A DNA stretch of 64,000 nucleotides from Fistulifera solaris (taxonomy: Eukaryota): positions 1,426,001 through 1,490,000 of the forward strand of contig AP026123.1 of assembly GCA_030295235.1 (NCBI GenBank), written 5' to 3'. Below, one piece after another: positions 1-13,140 of the stretch. Position numbers and translations under genes: made by a program. The notes beneath the pieces were generated by a model. The model made no database searches, was not told the origin of the DNA, and saw nothing but the letters and a program-made list of their open reading frames with translations. The first letter of the stretch is position 1. The number at the start of each line of letters is the position of its first letter.

Positions 1-541
1 ATTTGTCGGATATTGCGTACAAAGTGTCTATCATTTTCCCTGGGCGCTGACACTGGATCGACAGTCCTATCCTTCGGTCAACTTGAGTCCACCGGAACAG
101 TGGGACGCGCTGCCGACCGCGGGCAAATTGCAAATTCTGATTTTTGTGGGATTTTTGGAATTTTTTCTCGGAAGCGGCTCAGCCCGTGCACTACACGAAA
201 GGTGGAAAGCCGGGAGAATTTCCTCCTTTCCTGGGATCGAAATTAATTCCGCATCCTGTGCCGCTGAATCTCTATGATCCCTTCGGTCAAGCCGCGTCCA
301 TGGACGAAGAGAAGAAGGCCATTCGATTGCGAGCCGAAATCAACAATGGACGATTAGGTACGTTGAAAAGAGTATTCTGAAGACAAGTGATTGTCAAGGC
401 GGTCTAATATATCCAATCTGATAATTTACAGCCATGATAGGGATCATGGGCTTTCTGACGGAACAGAAAATCCCAGGCTCTGTGCCTCTGCTCACGGGTA
501 TTGTCAAACCATACGCGGGAGAAGTCATGTCGCCATTCTAA
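1..541 (+). CDS. Fucoxanthin-chlorophyll a/c light-harvesting protein (LHC family, possibly Lhcq-like), 5'-truncated by the window edge
   Basis: Reads PPEQWDALP..GKLQILIFVGFLEFF, HYTKGGKPGEFP, LNLYDPFG and EINNGRL|AMIGIMGFL, the LHC helix-3 ExxNGRLAM motif, completed across GT-AG intron 358-431. Stop TAA at 539-541. Frameshift in the T-run near 161-167. Confidence 0.93.
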
Positions 542-663
542 ATTTACGATGTCGTAGCATTCTAGTGAATGAGAATCGGTGGCGAGCTATAATAAGTTTG
601 TTGTAAAGAGTAAACTATCTGTTGAACCGGAACCAGACTCGTGCGAATCGTAACTCTACAGCG

Positions 664-1765
664 TCACAACTCGAAACGAGCGCTTCTCTCTTTCAATCCA
701 TCTTTATGCAAAATGCGAACACTTTCTATTATGATTGGTTGTCCTGTCTGTCGTAGTTGTTGCAGGATGTCGGCCCCACTCACAATTTTCCCCGGACAAG
801 CAAAGCGTCCTCCATCTTCATAGCCCAGCATAGGAAACAACAAAGTAGGTCCTCGTCCGACCAATCCAAAGGTGTTTTCTCGACAGGGTGCTACGGGTGA
901 TAGCTCTTCGAACCAAAGTGGTTCACTTCCGTACCCCGCCGTGGCGTATTGACGTTGCAGGGACGAGTGTATCTGTTTCGATGCGCTATGTGGCTCTCCG
1001 CCCGTCACGGCTGGACCTCGATCCGTATTTTTGTATTGCAACGAAGTTCCATCGTACAAGCCGTCGTCGACTAGTTGTAAGAAAGTCCAAATCATATGCG
1101 GCATATCCGCAAAGTCGGTGAACTCAACACGCAGAGACGAATGATCGTGTAGCGTGAGTTCCAACGCGTACGGCGGTACACCGAGCCATTGCACGCATTG
1201 CGCAGCATTCCTCCGCGTGATTGCTGCTTGTAATCGAACCACATCACTCATATCATGACCGTCTGTTGACGCGAGAGATCGCACTTCATCGATTTTCTGT
1301 TGGACCAAAGATCGCGACAAATCGAGCTGCTGTCGCAATGATTCCACTTCTTGTTGCGCTACTCGCTGCACTTGTCGGACTTGTACCGTGCTAGAGCCTA
1401 GTTCACGTTGCAATCGTTTCACTTGTTCGCTTAATTTTAGAATCCTTTCGTCGTAGGCGTCATTTTGCTGCGATACTTTCGACAATTGTTCTCGATTGAG
1501 GTCCAGTTGGTGCTGCAATTCTTCGTTTTGACTCGTTAGTACCGTCTGTGTTTCTAGAAAACGCACCGCATCTTCCCTGACATGCTTGTTCGATAGCTTC
1601 TGCGTGCGTTTCCTGGAGAGACCGAATGGTTTGATTGTGTTGGTGTTCCTTGTCGATCAAGAAAGTGGCGCATTGATTATGAAATAGTTTTACAAAGATG
1701 GAGTAGCCCGCGATTACCGATACTCCCGCTGTTAAAAAATGTGTTGCAGTAGATTTTGACAGCAT
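664..1765 (-). CDS. Hypothetical protein: N-terminal hydrophobic anchor, coiled coil and degenerate cyclophilin-like C-terminal domain
   Basis: ORFs 1460-1789 and 664-1566 join via a frameshift near 1565. Q/E-rich coiled coil followed by MPHMIWTFLQLVDDGLYDGT and GKIVSGADIL, which resemble the cyclophilin fold without clear catalytic residues. Confidence 0.65.
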
Positions 1766-2042
1766 ATCATTTAAGAAAACGAAAAGCAATTTGTATTTAT
1801 GAAGAGAAGTAATGAAACATGCAATAATGCGTTGATCTCATTGTTTTTGGGTTTTTACGGGACTGAAATTAAGTTGAGTCGTCACAGAAAGTCGAATACA
1901 GTTAGAACAATAGATAGTTTGAATACTCGCATTTTGTGTACCTTCTCTGTCACAGCGTGAAAGATTCTTGCGCGAGACCGACGAACGACCGACGCACCGC
2001 GAAAACAAAAAACTTTTTGCATCGCATCCATTCGTCCACAAA

Positions 2043-4272
2043 ATGGCGCAAACCACGATGGAAAGCGATTCGGACCAAGAACGACGAAATAGACCGCAGC
2101 TTTCCGCCCACCTTTTATCCAGTTTACTGACGAATCACTCCTTCGATGAGATTCCGCTTGCAGCATTCCAAAACGAAGTTTGTCATACTCTTTCTCAGAC
2201 TGTCGTCGCGTGCACGACTACCTCGTCTCCAAATGGAGTGCAGAGCATTTCTTTTGCTCGTCTCGAAGAATGTTTACAGCAAGTCGAGTGGAAGACGATT
2301 ATTGAACAGAGAGATGCTCGACTGAGACAACACAAACAATGCACCACGAATCTAACGACGCCGTGCGATGTTCTTTTGTCGTCTTTGAAAGACCCCACCG
2401 TTTGGCCTCCAGCGTGTAATGGATGTCTCATCAAGGTCCTGTTGAATCGTTTACTTTTTCATCGATCCGGAAATTGCATAATGAAGCGCTCCACACGTTG
2501 TGGTAGACTCGATTGGTCGCCATCTCATTCATACATGCTCGACTTTGTGATCGAAACGATGCAAATGCAGCCGTCTCTCGATGCGAATCAAGTTACCTCA
2601 TGGATTCGCTTCAACCTGAACGAATCCGACAAGACCGACACCGAAACTGTTAACGTTACAATCTCCGTTATCAAAGAGTTGATCCGTAGTTTCCCTTCCA
2701 AGGCTATCGTGTTCCTTCCTCTTTTCCTGGATATGCTATGTGTCACAGAAGCTCTTCTGAACAAGCTTCGATCGGCTTTGCCACGTGTATCCAATAGTGA
2801 TACAGGGAAACGGCAACTCAAGCGAGCAAGATTGGTGCATGGAACCAATGTGGCTGTGTTGCACGGTGAAAGTTCCGATTGCGAGGAAGAAGCCTATCAC
2901 AATCGATTGTTTGTACAGCATTCCAACGCATACCACAAGAATTCGCAATCCTTACGAGCTGATCGCAAAAAGATATTACAGGCAAATACGCAATTGTCTA
3001 CACGAACGGTAACTTATGAACAGATTACGTTTTTGTGTGCTTTGAGAGCAAAGAGCCTGAAAGCCTTACTGGCGTCATCGAATGATTGTGCATCTACATC
3101 GGGTCGCGGAGCTGTGAACGATTCGCTTTTCCAAATCATTTTAAAGTTGGTGGAGAGTCAACCCGGTTTCGAGACAATTTCTTTGCGGTTTGCTGCTTTG
3201 CTTTTGATCAACGCCTGCCCTCCCTTGGGTTATCGGAAAATGCTCGATATGTTGTGGTTACGTGTCGACGCGGCCAATGACCCTTGAGCGTGTTTGAGCT
3301 TCTACGTCGAGTTGCTTATTGAATCTTCTATCTTTGATGATAAGACTGCACTAGCCACAGCTACTCGGCCACTGTGTGATCGCGTAGGGAGGATGATCCT
3401 ACATCGAGAAGACCAAACAGTATGGCCGCATGCGCATATCGCTCTTCACTGCCTTGCATTCCTTCTTGCCTATCGAGGTAGAATGCTAGTACAATTACCC
3501 GAATTTGTGTTTTTGCTTGCTCAGCTTTCGAATGAATATCCATCACCTGAGCAATGGCTTCTTGTAAACACAATTTCCGCTCCTGAGAGGTTGAAGCTGT
3601 TGACGTCCCTCCGCGAGTCTGGAGTATTTGGAATCGAAATTGAACTAGAGAACAACGAACTTCCTAAGAAGTGCAGTGGGTCATGGTTTTATGATCCTTA
3701 TCGGAATTCAACAATCCGTACTTGCAGTATGTTTACTGGTTTCGCATCTTCTGGTCTTTTGTCGTCATGGAATTCCAAGAACTCGGATCCAGAGATATCT
3801 TGTGGTTTACAAGTTAATCAACCACCTCATTCTGACACGAAAGGAAGAATAGCGCTGCATGATTTAGGAGATGATGTATTGCGTGAAGTATTCGCTTTTC
3901 TTGGTTTCCAAACGAATTGTTTTCAATAGTCAAGTTTGCAAACGATGGAAGGGCATCGGGGACGACGAGTTCAATACCTGGAAGCCATTGTACATAGGAC
4001 GATTTGGTTTTGACTTAGAAGATCCTTTATTAAGTGAGGCTTGTACATTGCCATGGAAGAAACTTTTCATAGAGCGATGGAAGGCAGAAAAAGAAATAAG
4101 ATTCAAGCGAGATAAGAATGGCTGGAGATGGCGACTATGCAGGCGGATAGGGTGCCTGACGGTTCATTCTTCACCATCGCGACTTTTGAAACATCAGTCC
4201 ACTCATAAGATAAATTTGAAAGAGCGAAGGGCAAGACGACTTGACGCTACACCTACCAAGTCGGTTGCATAA
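2043..4272 (+). CDS. Large protein with a C-terminal F-box and C2H2-like zinc finger
   Basis: ORF 1968-3287 and ORF 3294-3929 share a frame, separated by one TGA at 3285-3287. A frameshift near 3905 leads into 3871-4272. F-box-like LHDLGDDVLREVFAFL..SQVCKRW..WKPLY and finger-like CRRIGC..SRLLKHQSTH. Confidence 0.7.
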
Positions 4273-4440
4273 GATGGATGTATTGACGTGAAGTAGTTTG
4301 TGCAAACTCTACCATTCTCCTCCTCACGCATGAGTGGGCGGTTTGTTGTCAGCTACGTTGCGCCTAAGTTTCTCGTGCCCATACACAAATGACTTCAAAA
4401 CTTTACCCCACTGTCTCATTAAATATATTTGTATAATAAT

Positions 4441-6459
4441 TTAGAAGTTTGCAATTGCTGCGAGCAAATCCTTTGATTCCCGAAGATAGTCGACAGGCCA
4501 CATTCCTACGACACTTGTCTTCACTCTGTTTTCTTCGTTCACCAATTCATTCTTGACGCGGCAGCGAAACACCCAGTCTGAGAAAAGTGCAGGCGCATAC
4601 AAACTGTCGTAGGCATTCTGATCGAACGAGCCTTCCGGATGAGAATGAAGGAACGCTTCGTCGGCAGTGACACCTAGCAAGGTTTCCGCTTGCTCGTTGA
4701 AAAACGATACCCAAGTTGAAGAGGTGCTGTCTTCAACAACACCAGAAAAAGATCCAACGTCTCACGCAGTTACCGTACGTGTTGTGGCATTTGTCACATT
4801 GCCACTGTCCATCGGTGGTCGGAGTCACCTTGAATCGGTTCTTGCACGGCTCTCCCGCGTTCGCACAAGCGGGATACCAAGCACCGCCTTCGCGATCTTT
4901 CTTAAAGAACGTGATGGTGCCCTTGAAAGCAATGTAGTCACCCTTATCAACGTTGATATGTCCTAGATTTTCTTCACGAATAGCTTCAATGTTCTTGCGC
5001 TCGGCCAGGGAAGCAATTTGTCCTCCACCCCGGAGCGTGCCGACAAAGACCGAGTCGCTGCTCCAGTGGAACCAACCGTCTGCCACCATCGCATGAGCTG
5101 CTGCGCTTCAGGGATCTGCGGGTTGATATCGGTGCTAGCACCGGCGGAGAGAGAGCGTCCCCCATACTCTGAAACGCGCGCACGACGGAAAGCAACCACG
5201 GGATGATTCGCAAAGTCTCGGGGAGCTGTTTCGGCCTTTTCTCGCCAAACGGTGAGAGTGATCTCGGTGCCAGAGTCATCCACAAGAATCAAATCGCATT
5301 TTCCCATTTCTTGACCAGTTTTCTTCGAAACAATGTGACTGACATCTCCAACCGACTTGACAATCGCGAGCACATCGACGGATTTATTCGGTTCAACATG
5401 TTCCAAGTCCCCGATTTTCACGAAATCATAGTGCGCGGCTGCAATGGCGCCGTCGTCATCGTCCAAATGGATTTCGGTGTTTTGATCAAAAGTGATCTCG
5501 AAGGACGATTTGCAAGTGTTGTATTGCATGTTCGCTACCTTAAGGCGACCGCCTGAGATGCGGTACACTTTACCGGGTATCAACATGTTGTAAAATTTGT
5601 CAACTCCTTCCTTGAAAAAGTGCCGCGAATGTCTACGCCAGAGTTGTCGAGCAACTCGATAGAAAATAGCGATCCCTCGCCCTTGGCGTTGGACCAAGTT
5701 CGGACATCCGATTTCGTAGTGAGACGAGCCTTGATCGTCCAACGACTGTTGTAGATGTTAAGACCGGCGATGGGAGTGATCGTCGTTCCATCGACGTTCA
5801 TCGATCGCTCGATGGGAGGCTGGTATCTCTGACTTGTCGAAGATCCGTAGGGATTGTCTCCGCGCGGCGATGTAGCAGCTCCGTACGGATTTCCTCGACT
5901 GGGTGATCCGATTGCTGGCTTGCTTTCTCGTTTCGCATAGTTGTTGGCCACGGGAGCGCTATTGGTGCTGTTGTAAAGGGGCTGAGCCACTGGCTGTGCC
6001 TGCATAGGCGGAGCGCTCGGAATCTGACCTGACTTCAATGACGGCTCAATATCGACCGGAGCACCGATGCGCTGACCTGGATTATCTAGTACACGGAGAT
6101 TCAACAGAATGATAACCAAACGACCAGAGACCTCATTCTTGAGGCATTCTTGCAGCTGAACGATAGAATTGTCTCTGAGCTCTCCGGCATGGACCATGCT
6201 CGTCAACTGCTTAGAAAGCATTCCTTGCACGAAATGTACACCATCGGAAAGAACGGCCTTCATGGAAAAGGTTGAGAGAGATGAGATAAAGAAAGGGTAT
6301 TCTTTTGTAGAAAAGAGTCTGTTGATGACTTACGCGATAACGATCGTTACTATTTCCAACTTGTTTGAGACTGACAACCTGAACGATAGGCGAAAAACTA
6401 CTATCAACTCCTGCTACTTGCACGAGCTTGCTGATGGCATTGCTGGTAATCATCTCCAT
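4441..6459 (-). CDS. RPA1: Replication protein A 70 kDa subunit
   Basis: OB-fold motifs R|AVLSDG, WTIKARLTTKSDVRTWSNAKGEGSLFSIEL and VDVLAIVKSVGD, plus Zn ribbon YPAC..C..KV..WQCDKC and LLGVTADE. Intron 6258-6333. About 3 frameshifts (near 5620, 5030 and 4745). Confidence 0.96.
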
Positions 6460-6532
6460 TTTCTAAAGAGAAAGAAGCAAGAGTGAGTCTAACCCTGTCG
6501 TGCGGAAGTCAGTTCGTTGTCAAACGATCATT

Positions 6533-6542
6533 GCCCGCGAAA
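6533..6542 (-). promoter_or_regulatory. E2F-like site upstream of RPA1
   Basis: TTTCGCGG on the minus strand matches TTTSSCGS and lies about 75 bp upstream of the RPA1 ATG. Confidence 0.4.
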
Positions 6543-7060
6543 TACGCTCAATTACCGATCGCTTCGTCGCACGTCGTCCAACTTTCTCCCACTCGTTCAC
6601 TCACCTCGGTGTTATTATATTAGTTTGCTAACGAAGAGAGAAAAGCGTCGTGATTGTTGTAAGTTGATAACAGCACAATGCAATCGAATGATTGCAAAAT
6701 CATCAAATGCAGTGTGGTGATCTGCAGCCGAAGTGCGAACGGAAAGTGAACAGGCGCCGGGCACTACTCATTATACGATAGTCAGCCCGGAGGGAAGTTT
6801 TGACAAAGCGCGCGCACTGCACTTGCTCCGCCGGCGCGCTTTTCAAAGGAAGGAAAATGGGCGCGCAGCAGGACTCTAAGTTAGTAAGTAGGTAAGAGTA
6901 CCGCTGTGTCGTAGCCAACGGAAGTGAGTCGTCAAGCGCATCGCGGTGAGATTTTCTGCGTTCACTTTTCACGCTGATGATGAATAACATCCATCGACTT
7001 GCAAGTAAGAAGTCTGAATGACAACGTCTAACCATAAAGTATTGTATACTGCAAGTGCAA

Positions 7061-8938
7061 ATGTCGAGCAAATTCTGTTTGAAAAGAGGTGCTCCGTCCA
7101 GCTCAAAGAAAAAAGTTATCATCGATTCTTCTACTTCTGAAGATGAGACGAGGTCGAGCATCATCGCACGATCGCGGAAGCGGGAAGTCTCCCCGACGAT
7201 TTTACGGCTTCTCGAGCAGCTGGTACGCAACCTTCGTCTGTATCTACGAAAACAGCGCCCAAGGAAAGTTGCGCGATCAATTTGCAGTCAAGTAGCGATG
7301 ACGACGATGATTCATTGTTGAAACCAATGATTACGACAAATCGAAGAAGAATTACCGACAGTCCTAATCTGCTGTCACAGAAAACGAGAAACCCACCACA
7401 AAACAATTTTACTGCAGATGACTCATCTGCTGATACGGAGGAACTTCGATCCATTTTATTGAAACCGACACCGAAAACCGTCGGCCCACAATTCACACCA
7501 AAATCTACCGGATCTTCGTCGCAAGGGGGAAGTGCTGCGAAACTCCTACCGTTCAACCAACAATCAAGCGAACGACGATTCTTCGGAGGACACAGTGGAA
7601 CTAACGAAACTCTTATTGGGGAATAAATACTCTCCACCAGTAGTAACGACGAGAAATCAAGAGGAGCATTGTGATGGTCGATTGCCCACCGAAATCCATA
7701 CGGCCCCTCCTACTGTGAATCATCAAGAAAGCGACAGTGATAATTTTGAGCTACCCGATCCAGAGGAGTCTTCTGAGTCTTCCGTGGCATCGGCAGACTC
7801 GCAAAATAGTGATAATTGGGAAGATCAAAAGTTACCGGCTAGAGAGCAGCCCCTCCAGCCATGTGAACAACGAGGTGTTCCGCGCAATCCTTATGTTGGT
7901 GCTCTATCCAAAGGTACACCCGCTGTTCCGATGCAGCAACAATTTACTTTTGTAAAGACTAGGACCTACGCGACCGGCTGCCAAGATAATTTTAGTGGTG
8001 TTCGCAATCAAACAGTTACTGACCACGTTTTAAAGGAGCCATTCGTATCGCAAACAAAATCGCGTCCTCCGGATCCTTCTCAATTTCGGCTGTGCGATCT
8101 TCGTGAAGCTGCTCTTTTCGAGGGCTCGTTTGCTGATTATGATTTATCAGGGAGTCCGAGTCCTTCGCCAAACAGGACACAGTACTCACCGAAGTGTGCA
8201 CCTGAGAGCTCGCATCGGCAATTCGATACTGAGCAAGTGGATGACCAATTGGAGAGCGGCTTTTTCGGTGATTCACCGTGTGTCAGACAGTCGGAATATT
8301 CACAACCGCAAACGCAGGTGCGAATGGGACTTCACTCTCCAAGATCTACCCCGTTTTCCCAGACGCCACCAGCCCGACAGACTGGACCGCTTAGAGATGA
8401 TTATATTCAAGACTTTAGTGACGAGGAAACCGCGATGCAACGTATCGGGAGAATGGCCAGTCAGGCGTTGCAACAGAAGCGACAAAGCCTGCTACAAACA
8501 GCTCAAGCGCAGCCGTATCAAAACGAAGTAGGGCTATCGAACCACCATGGTCCTCCTCGTCGGTTTCGCGATGTATCGATTTGCGATACTACAATGTCTC
8601 GGTCTGTAGTGCTACGGCAATCGGACAGACAACCGTTTGGCCTGGCGCCGCGAAACGAGTTGACTGGCGGATCGGGTACTAGTTTTTCCGGCTTCGTTTC
8701 TGCACCTAAGAGTAGAGGCAGGGGTGCGAAAACGAACAAGAAGGGTGGTTGGAAAGGTCGAGGCAGATGGGGTAAAGCAAAGGGGAAGAAGCAAGGAGGA
8801 ACTCGTGGCCGAGGGAAAGCAAGTAGTGGAGACGGCAATGGCTTCACGAACAGACGGCCGCCCAGCGCGGGAGGAGGATTCAGTCGGGGAGATGATGCTA
8901 ACTTGGGACACGTTGGTGGTGCTGAATTTTCATTTTAA
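7061..8938 (+). CDS. Hypothetical disordered protein with a K/G/R-rich (RGG-like) C-terminus
   Basis: Overlapping ORFs 7055-7321, 7282-7626 and 7532-8938, probably one frameshifted gene. S/D/E-rich body and tail KGGWKGRGRWGK..GGTRGRGK..LGHVGGAEFSF. Confidence 0.6.
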
Positions 8939-9119
8939 AAATACTATGTATCGATTACATGCATCTCAACGTGAATTTATTAAAAGTATAAGCGTTTCTT
9001 TACTACATTTAGCTAAAGGGTCAGTTCCCAAAAATATCCAGCACTTGGAATAGCTTCTGGTTTCGTAGTTGCAAAGATTTATAGCGGCGGCATCAACGAT
9101 ACCGCCTGGCAAGATAGAC

Positions 9120-9974
9120 TTAGAAGTGCATAGGAATTGTGGACTGCGACTGCTGCCAAACGATATCAGCTGCGGTATCCGGATGTACCTGATGATTGTA
9201 TTGTGGAGCTGGGGTATCTATCGGCAACGAGATCGGTGCGCCAAGCGTTTGTTGAAGTCGTTTGCTCGGTTGCCCGTTGTAGATCGATTGACGAATCCAG
9301 ACTTGTGAAACAAATTTCGTGTCAATGGCAGGCAACGCAGCATGCAAAGCCATTTTATCCAGCATACCGTCAACAGTGGCAGGAAAAAATACTAGTGCCA
9401 TGCCTCGTCGTGGCTGAATATCCAGGTTCAGAGCCGGAAAACGCGTCGCGCCACCTCGCATAACATCGTTCAAATAAATCAGCACTGTAACTGTCCGCTG
9501 TCCTCCGTTCGCCGCGAAACGTCGACCGTCTTCCGTGCTTAAATCAAAAGCTACATAAGAAAACATGAAAGTGAGAATAAAAATATATCACAGCAAGGGG
9601 AAAATTTTGCGATAGAACAGAACAAACGTACCATCGAAGTGCTGAAGATACTTTTCTTGATAGAAGTACCGTCCAACTTGCGGAAGCTCACAGTGCTCTG
9701 GGGGTTTGCCCGTCAATAAGCTCACTTTGCGCATCAAATCACCAAGGTCTTCTCTCGCCAAGTAGCAAGTCGAGCTGGTGCGACTCGGAGATATCTCCCC
9801 CGCCCCTTTCCCTACCACTGGTGCTGGTCCGAGTGCGTCCACCGCTGCATGGATAAGAAAATCGCATTCATACGGCGTCAGAAAATTTTCGACGGCAAAA
9901 ATGGGAGGTGAATTGTTCAACACACGCAAGCCGGGGTAGCTCGGATTCACGCCGTTGTAAACCGGAGGCGTCAT
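9120..9974 (-). CDS. Prolyl 4-hydroxylase-like 2OG-Fe(II) dioxygenase
   Basis: PPIFAVENFLTPYEC, SRTSST, QHFD|AFD (HxD), GGQRTVTVLIYLNDV..GGATRF, LHAALP and KFVSQVWIR. Intron 9551-9631. A possible further upstream exon lies near 10060-10110. Confidence 0.92.
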
Positions 9975-10782
9975 TGATGAATCTGAAAACGAAAAAGCAG
10001 TTTCAATTGATACAAGAACGAGAAATCTGATCGCGGTGTCTTCTATCACAATGCTCGTACAGGAGGTGCGCGTCTTTTGAGGTTGAGCGATTGCACGCGG
10101 CTGAAGCTGTAGTCAATAAATAGACAAACTATGCGACAAATGTCCTCCAGAGAATGTCAGTGACTTCTGATTTGTTTGCAACAGAGCGACAGATGTGATT
10201 TGGGTGCGTATTATTTGAATTGTTGGTGTCTTGTCGAACCGCATCGACCTACTTTGGAAATCAAACGTGAACTTTTGCGTGTGTGACGTCTGTCCAAGCG
10301 GCGTGATGCGGCGGACGTAAATATTTTCTACTTTTGATACGGGAATGAGACAAAGCAAAACACGGATCTAAATAACCTTAAACCTTAGCGTTAATGAAAA
10401 AGAACTTCGATTCTCCTCACAAATCTCACGACCGTCTTGTTTGCTTGATGACGGAACAACAATCTGATTGTTTTCGGTGAGAAAGTAATTTTGAAAAGTT
10501 GTCGAAAGAGTTCGGACGAGTTTAAAAGCAACTGCATTGTTTTTCAACATTGCCAAAACTACTCCGTCTCTCTCTCTTATTGGCATGCTACATGCCATGT
10601 TCTTTGGCATGCCGATCAGAAACCACCAAGTAATTAGTTCAATGGTAAGCCTTTTACAATAAGACTGATGATTTTATAATGAAAATTGATTATGAGAGAC
10701 TAAATAATGATCGATGATCTCATGATGTTTACACGCTTTACAACATGATGTGTGATTGTGATGTGTGGCTGTGTGCGTGGCC

Positions 10783-10868
10783 GCGGGAAACGACGTTAAA
10801 ATTCTGCCTCGCCGTAGGCTCTACGTAGAAACTTGTACTGAGAGGCAGAATTTTAACGTCCTTTCCGC
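10783..10868. repeat. Inverted repeat/hairpin with 19-bp perfect arms
   Basis: GACGTTAAAATTCTGCCTC (10792-10810) and its exact reverse complement GAGGCAGAATTTTAACGTC (10842-10860), with an imperfect outward extension. Confidence 0.9.
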
Positions 10869-11500
10869 CGTCAAGGAGGTTATGCAGTACGTACCAGGTA
10901 CTGTACGGTACCTGGTACCCGTACTGTACCTCCTTGGCGCTTGGCGCTGGCCTTGGCGGCCGTTGGACCTTAATTATTTCCTCTTGGTTGGACGTTGGCC
11001 GAGGCCCGTGGCATAATTATTCCTGCAAAAAAGGTCATAAGTTATACGTAGTAAGTTATACCAGGGTAAGTCTTTTCAATTTTGAAAAGAGATAAGTCGT
11101 CATACGTCATAGTCATAGACGCGTAAGTTCACAGGGAAAGGGAAAGCGACTGAAGAATGAAGTCATAGGTCATAGGTCGTAGTTAACTTGGACCTTGGTC
11201 CAAGTACTAAGTATAACCAGCGAATGAAGAATGAAGTCATTGGTCATTTCGGTCTTTCCTACTTCCTACAGATTTTCGTTAAAGTAGAATTTTTTCATTA
11301 CTGATTGCTATTGCTCCAATGTACATATTTTGTATTCTCTAAGTAATCTTCAGTTGATAAGCAGAAATATCCGAAACCAGTCTTATAGATTGGGTCATAT
11401 TTCGCGACTAATTACTCCGTATTCAGGTCATTAGGGCATATTTTTAAGCTAAGGTCAATCAAGGATATCAAGAAGAACGAAGAACAACCAGCAACCAGTC

Positions 11501-11531
11501 ACATTCACCATTCACCATTCACCATTCACCG
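11501..11531. repeat. Short tandem repeat (CATTCAC)n, about 4 copies
   Basis: acattcaccattcaccattcaccattcacc is seen directly. Confidence 0.85.
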
Positions 11532-11767
11532 TTCACTTGACACGTCACGTAGAATACCTACTACGGAGTTCCAGTGAGGAACCAATAAATACTTGTACTT
11601 TATGATTTTACCTTTTACCGGCATAAATAGATAAAGAAGAAGCCCTATAATTCCACACCCTGCTCGGCAGTCAGCGTTCCTTTTTGCCTTATGGAAAAAC
11701 AGCTCCTCCTGTTTTTGCCATGCATAGAGACTTTGAGTTTTGATCATTGGAAGCATCCTAGAGCACG

Positions 11768-13016
11768 ATGAACGATTATTGCAAAGCTTCTCCTGTAAAC
11801 TCCCCTGCGACTACAAGCACCGACCGATCCGATTCTTCCGCGCAAAGCGCTGAAAGCAAGAAGATGCCAACGAAAGCGCGAAGGTCGTGGAAGAAACCAG
11901 CTGTAAGTATGATCGAGGCTATTGGGGGGCCCCTGCAAGACAATATCACTCATGAATCTTTCTCTCGTGCATCAAATGAAACAGGGAATGCCTCGTCGAC
12001 CTCTTTCAGCCTATAATCTGTTTTTCAAAGAGCAAAGAAAGAAACTTCTAGGCGGAGAGGATGCAGAAGATGATAACTTAGCTTCTTCAAAGCGGAAGCA
12101 CCGAAAAACGCACGGTAAGATCGGCTTTGCTGATCTGGCCAAAAGCATTAGTCAAACATGGCATGACCTCAAGAAAGAAGAGAAGACCAAGTATGAAACT
12201 GAAGCTAAAAAGAGAAAACAAGATTACTTTCGGCAGCTTCAAGAGTACAAGAAAAAAGCAAACAACGCCGAAAAGGTATCTACTTTGAAAGATGACGACC
12301 GCTCTGATTATGCAGCGGTTCTCGTGTCTATGTCTCGGGCTACTACTAATCCTTCAACGGCACGAATTGCTTCTTGCAAAAAAGCCGGAGTTGCAGAAAA
12401 GGTTGACGTCCCTTTCGTTAGCTCTTCGGGTGGGTCAGATGGAAGTGAACAAGGAAATTTGTTGGACGACTCGGCAAATCGCCAATGGATTGCAAGCACG
12501 ACCGAGCCGAAGGATTTAAAGCACAAATGTGAAATTCCTGTAGCTCAACCGACAATGGCAGTAATTCCCATGCAACTAGCGCACGAAGCGGCAAGAAGGA
12601 ACTTGGTTATGATGAACTCGGTTCAGGCGCCTCTCACTGTCTCAGCTCCGCTTATCGGCCATCTACAGCAAGTATCTCAGCTAAACCAAAGATCGGGTAA
12701 TCTTTTGCAACCCGATCTATTAAGTCCTTTGGGAAGTTCTTCTCAGAACTTTATTCAGTGGGTCGGTCCTCGACTAGTTACTCAACAGCCTTGTCTGAAT
12801 GTAACTGGTATCGCACAGGATCCGGTCGCCAGGCTTACGCTTTTGAATCAAGAAGCGCTCTATCGTCATGTCTTGCCGATTCAAAATCAAATTCGCACCG
12901 TTTCAGTGCAACCGTCTCTGGCTGGAATCTCACAAAACAACATGCTGCAGCAACAAGCGAAAGTTCAAAACTTGATGCTGTTATCTCGGCTACAGGAGCA
13001 CGGGATTCGCCTGTGA
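11768..13016 (+). CDS. HMG-box transcription factor
   Basis: WKKPA|GMPRRPLSAYNLFFKEQR..KRKHRKTHGKIGFADLAKSISQTW across intron 11903-11984, with a Q-rich C-terminus. Confidence 0.93.
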
Positions 13017-13140
13017 GGACGAAATTGTTAGCACGGTAAACGTTATGCGACAATGTCGGACAGAAGATTTCATTATATTACTAAATACGTTTCTGATCAA
13101 TCTCTTGCTGATTTGCTTCTAACATTATCAGTAATCAGAT

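Noticed and set aside
4441..6459. Programmed frameshifting or pseudogene status for RPA1 and other broken genes
   Set aside because: The breaks are scattered, homopolymer-associated and affect essential genes. Sequencing error is the simpler explanation.
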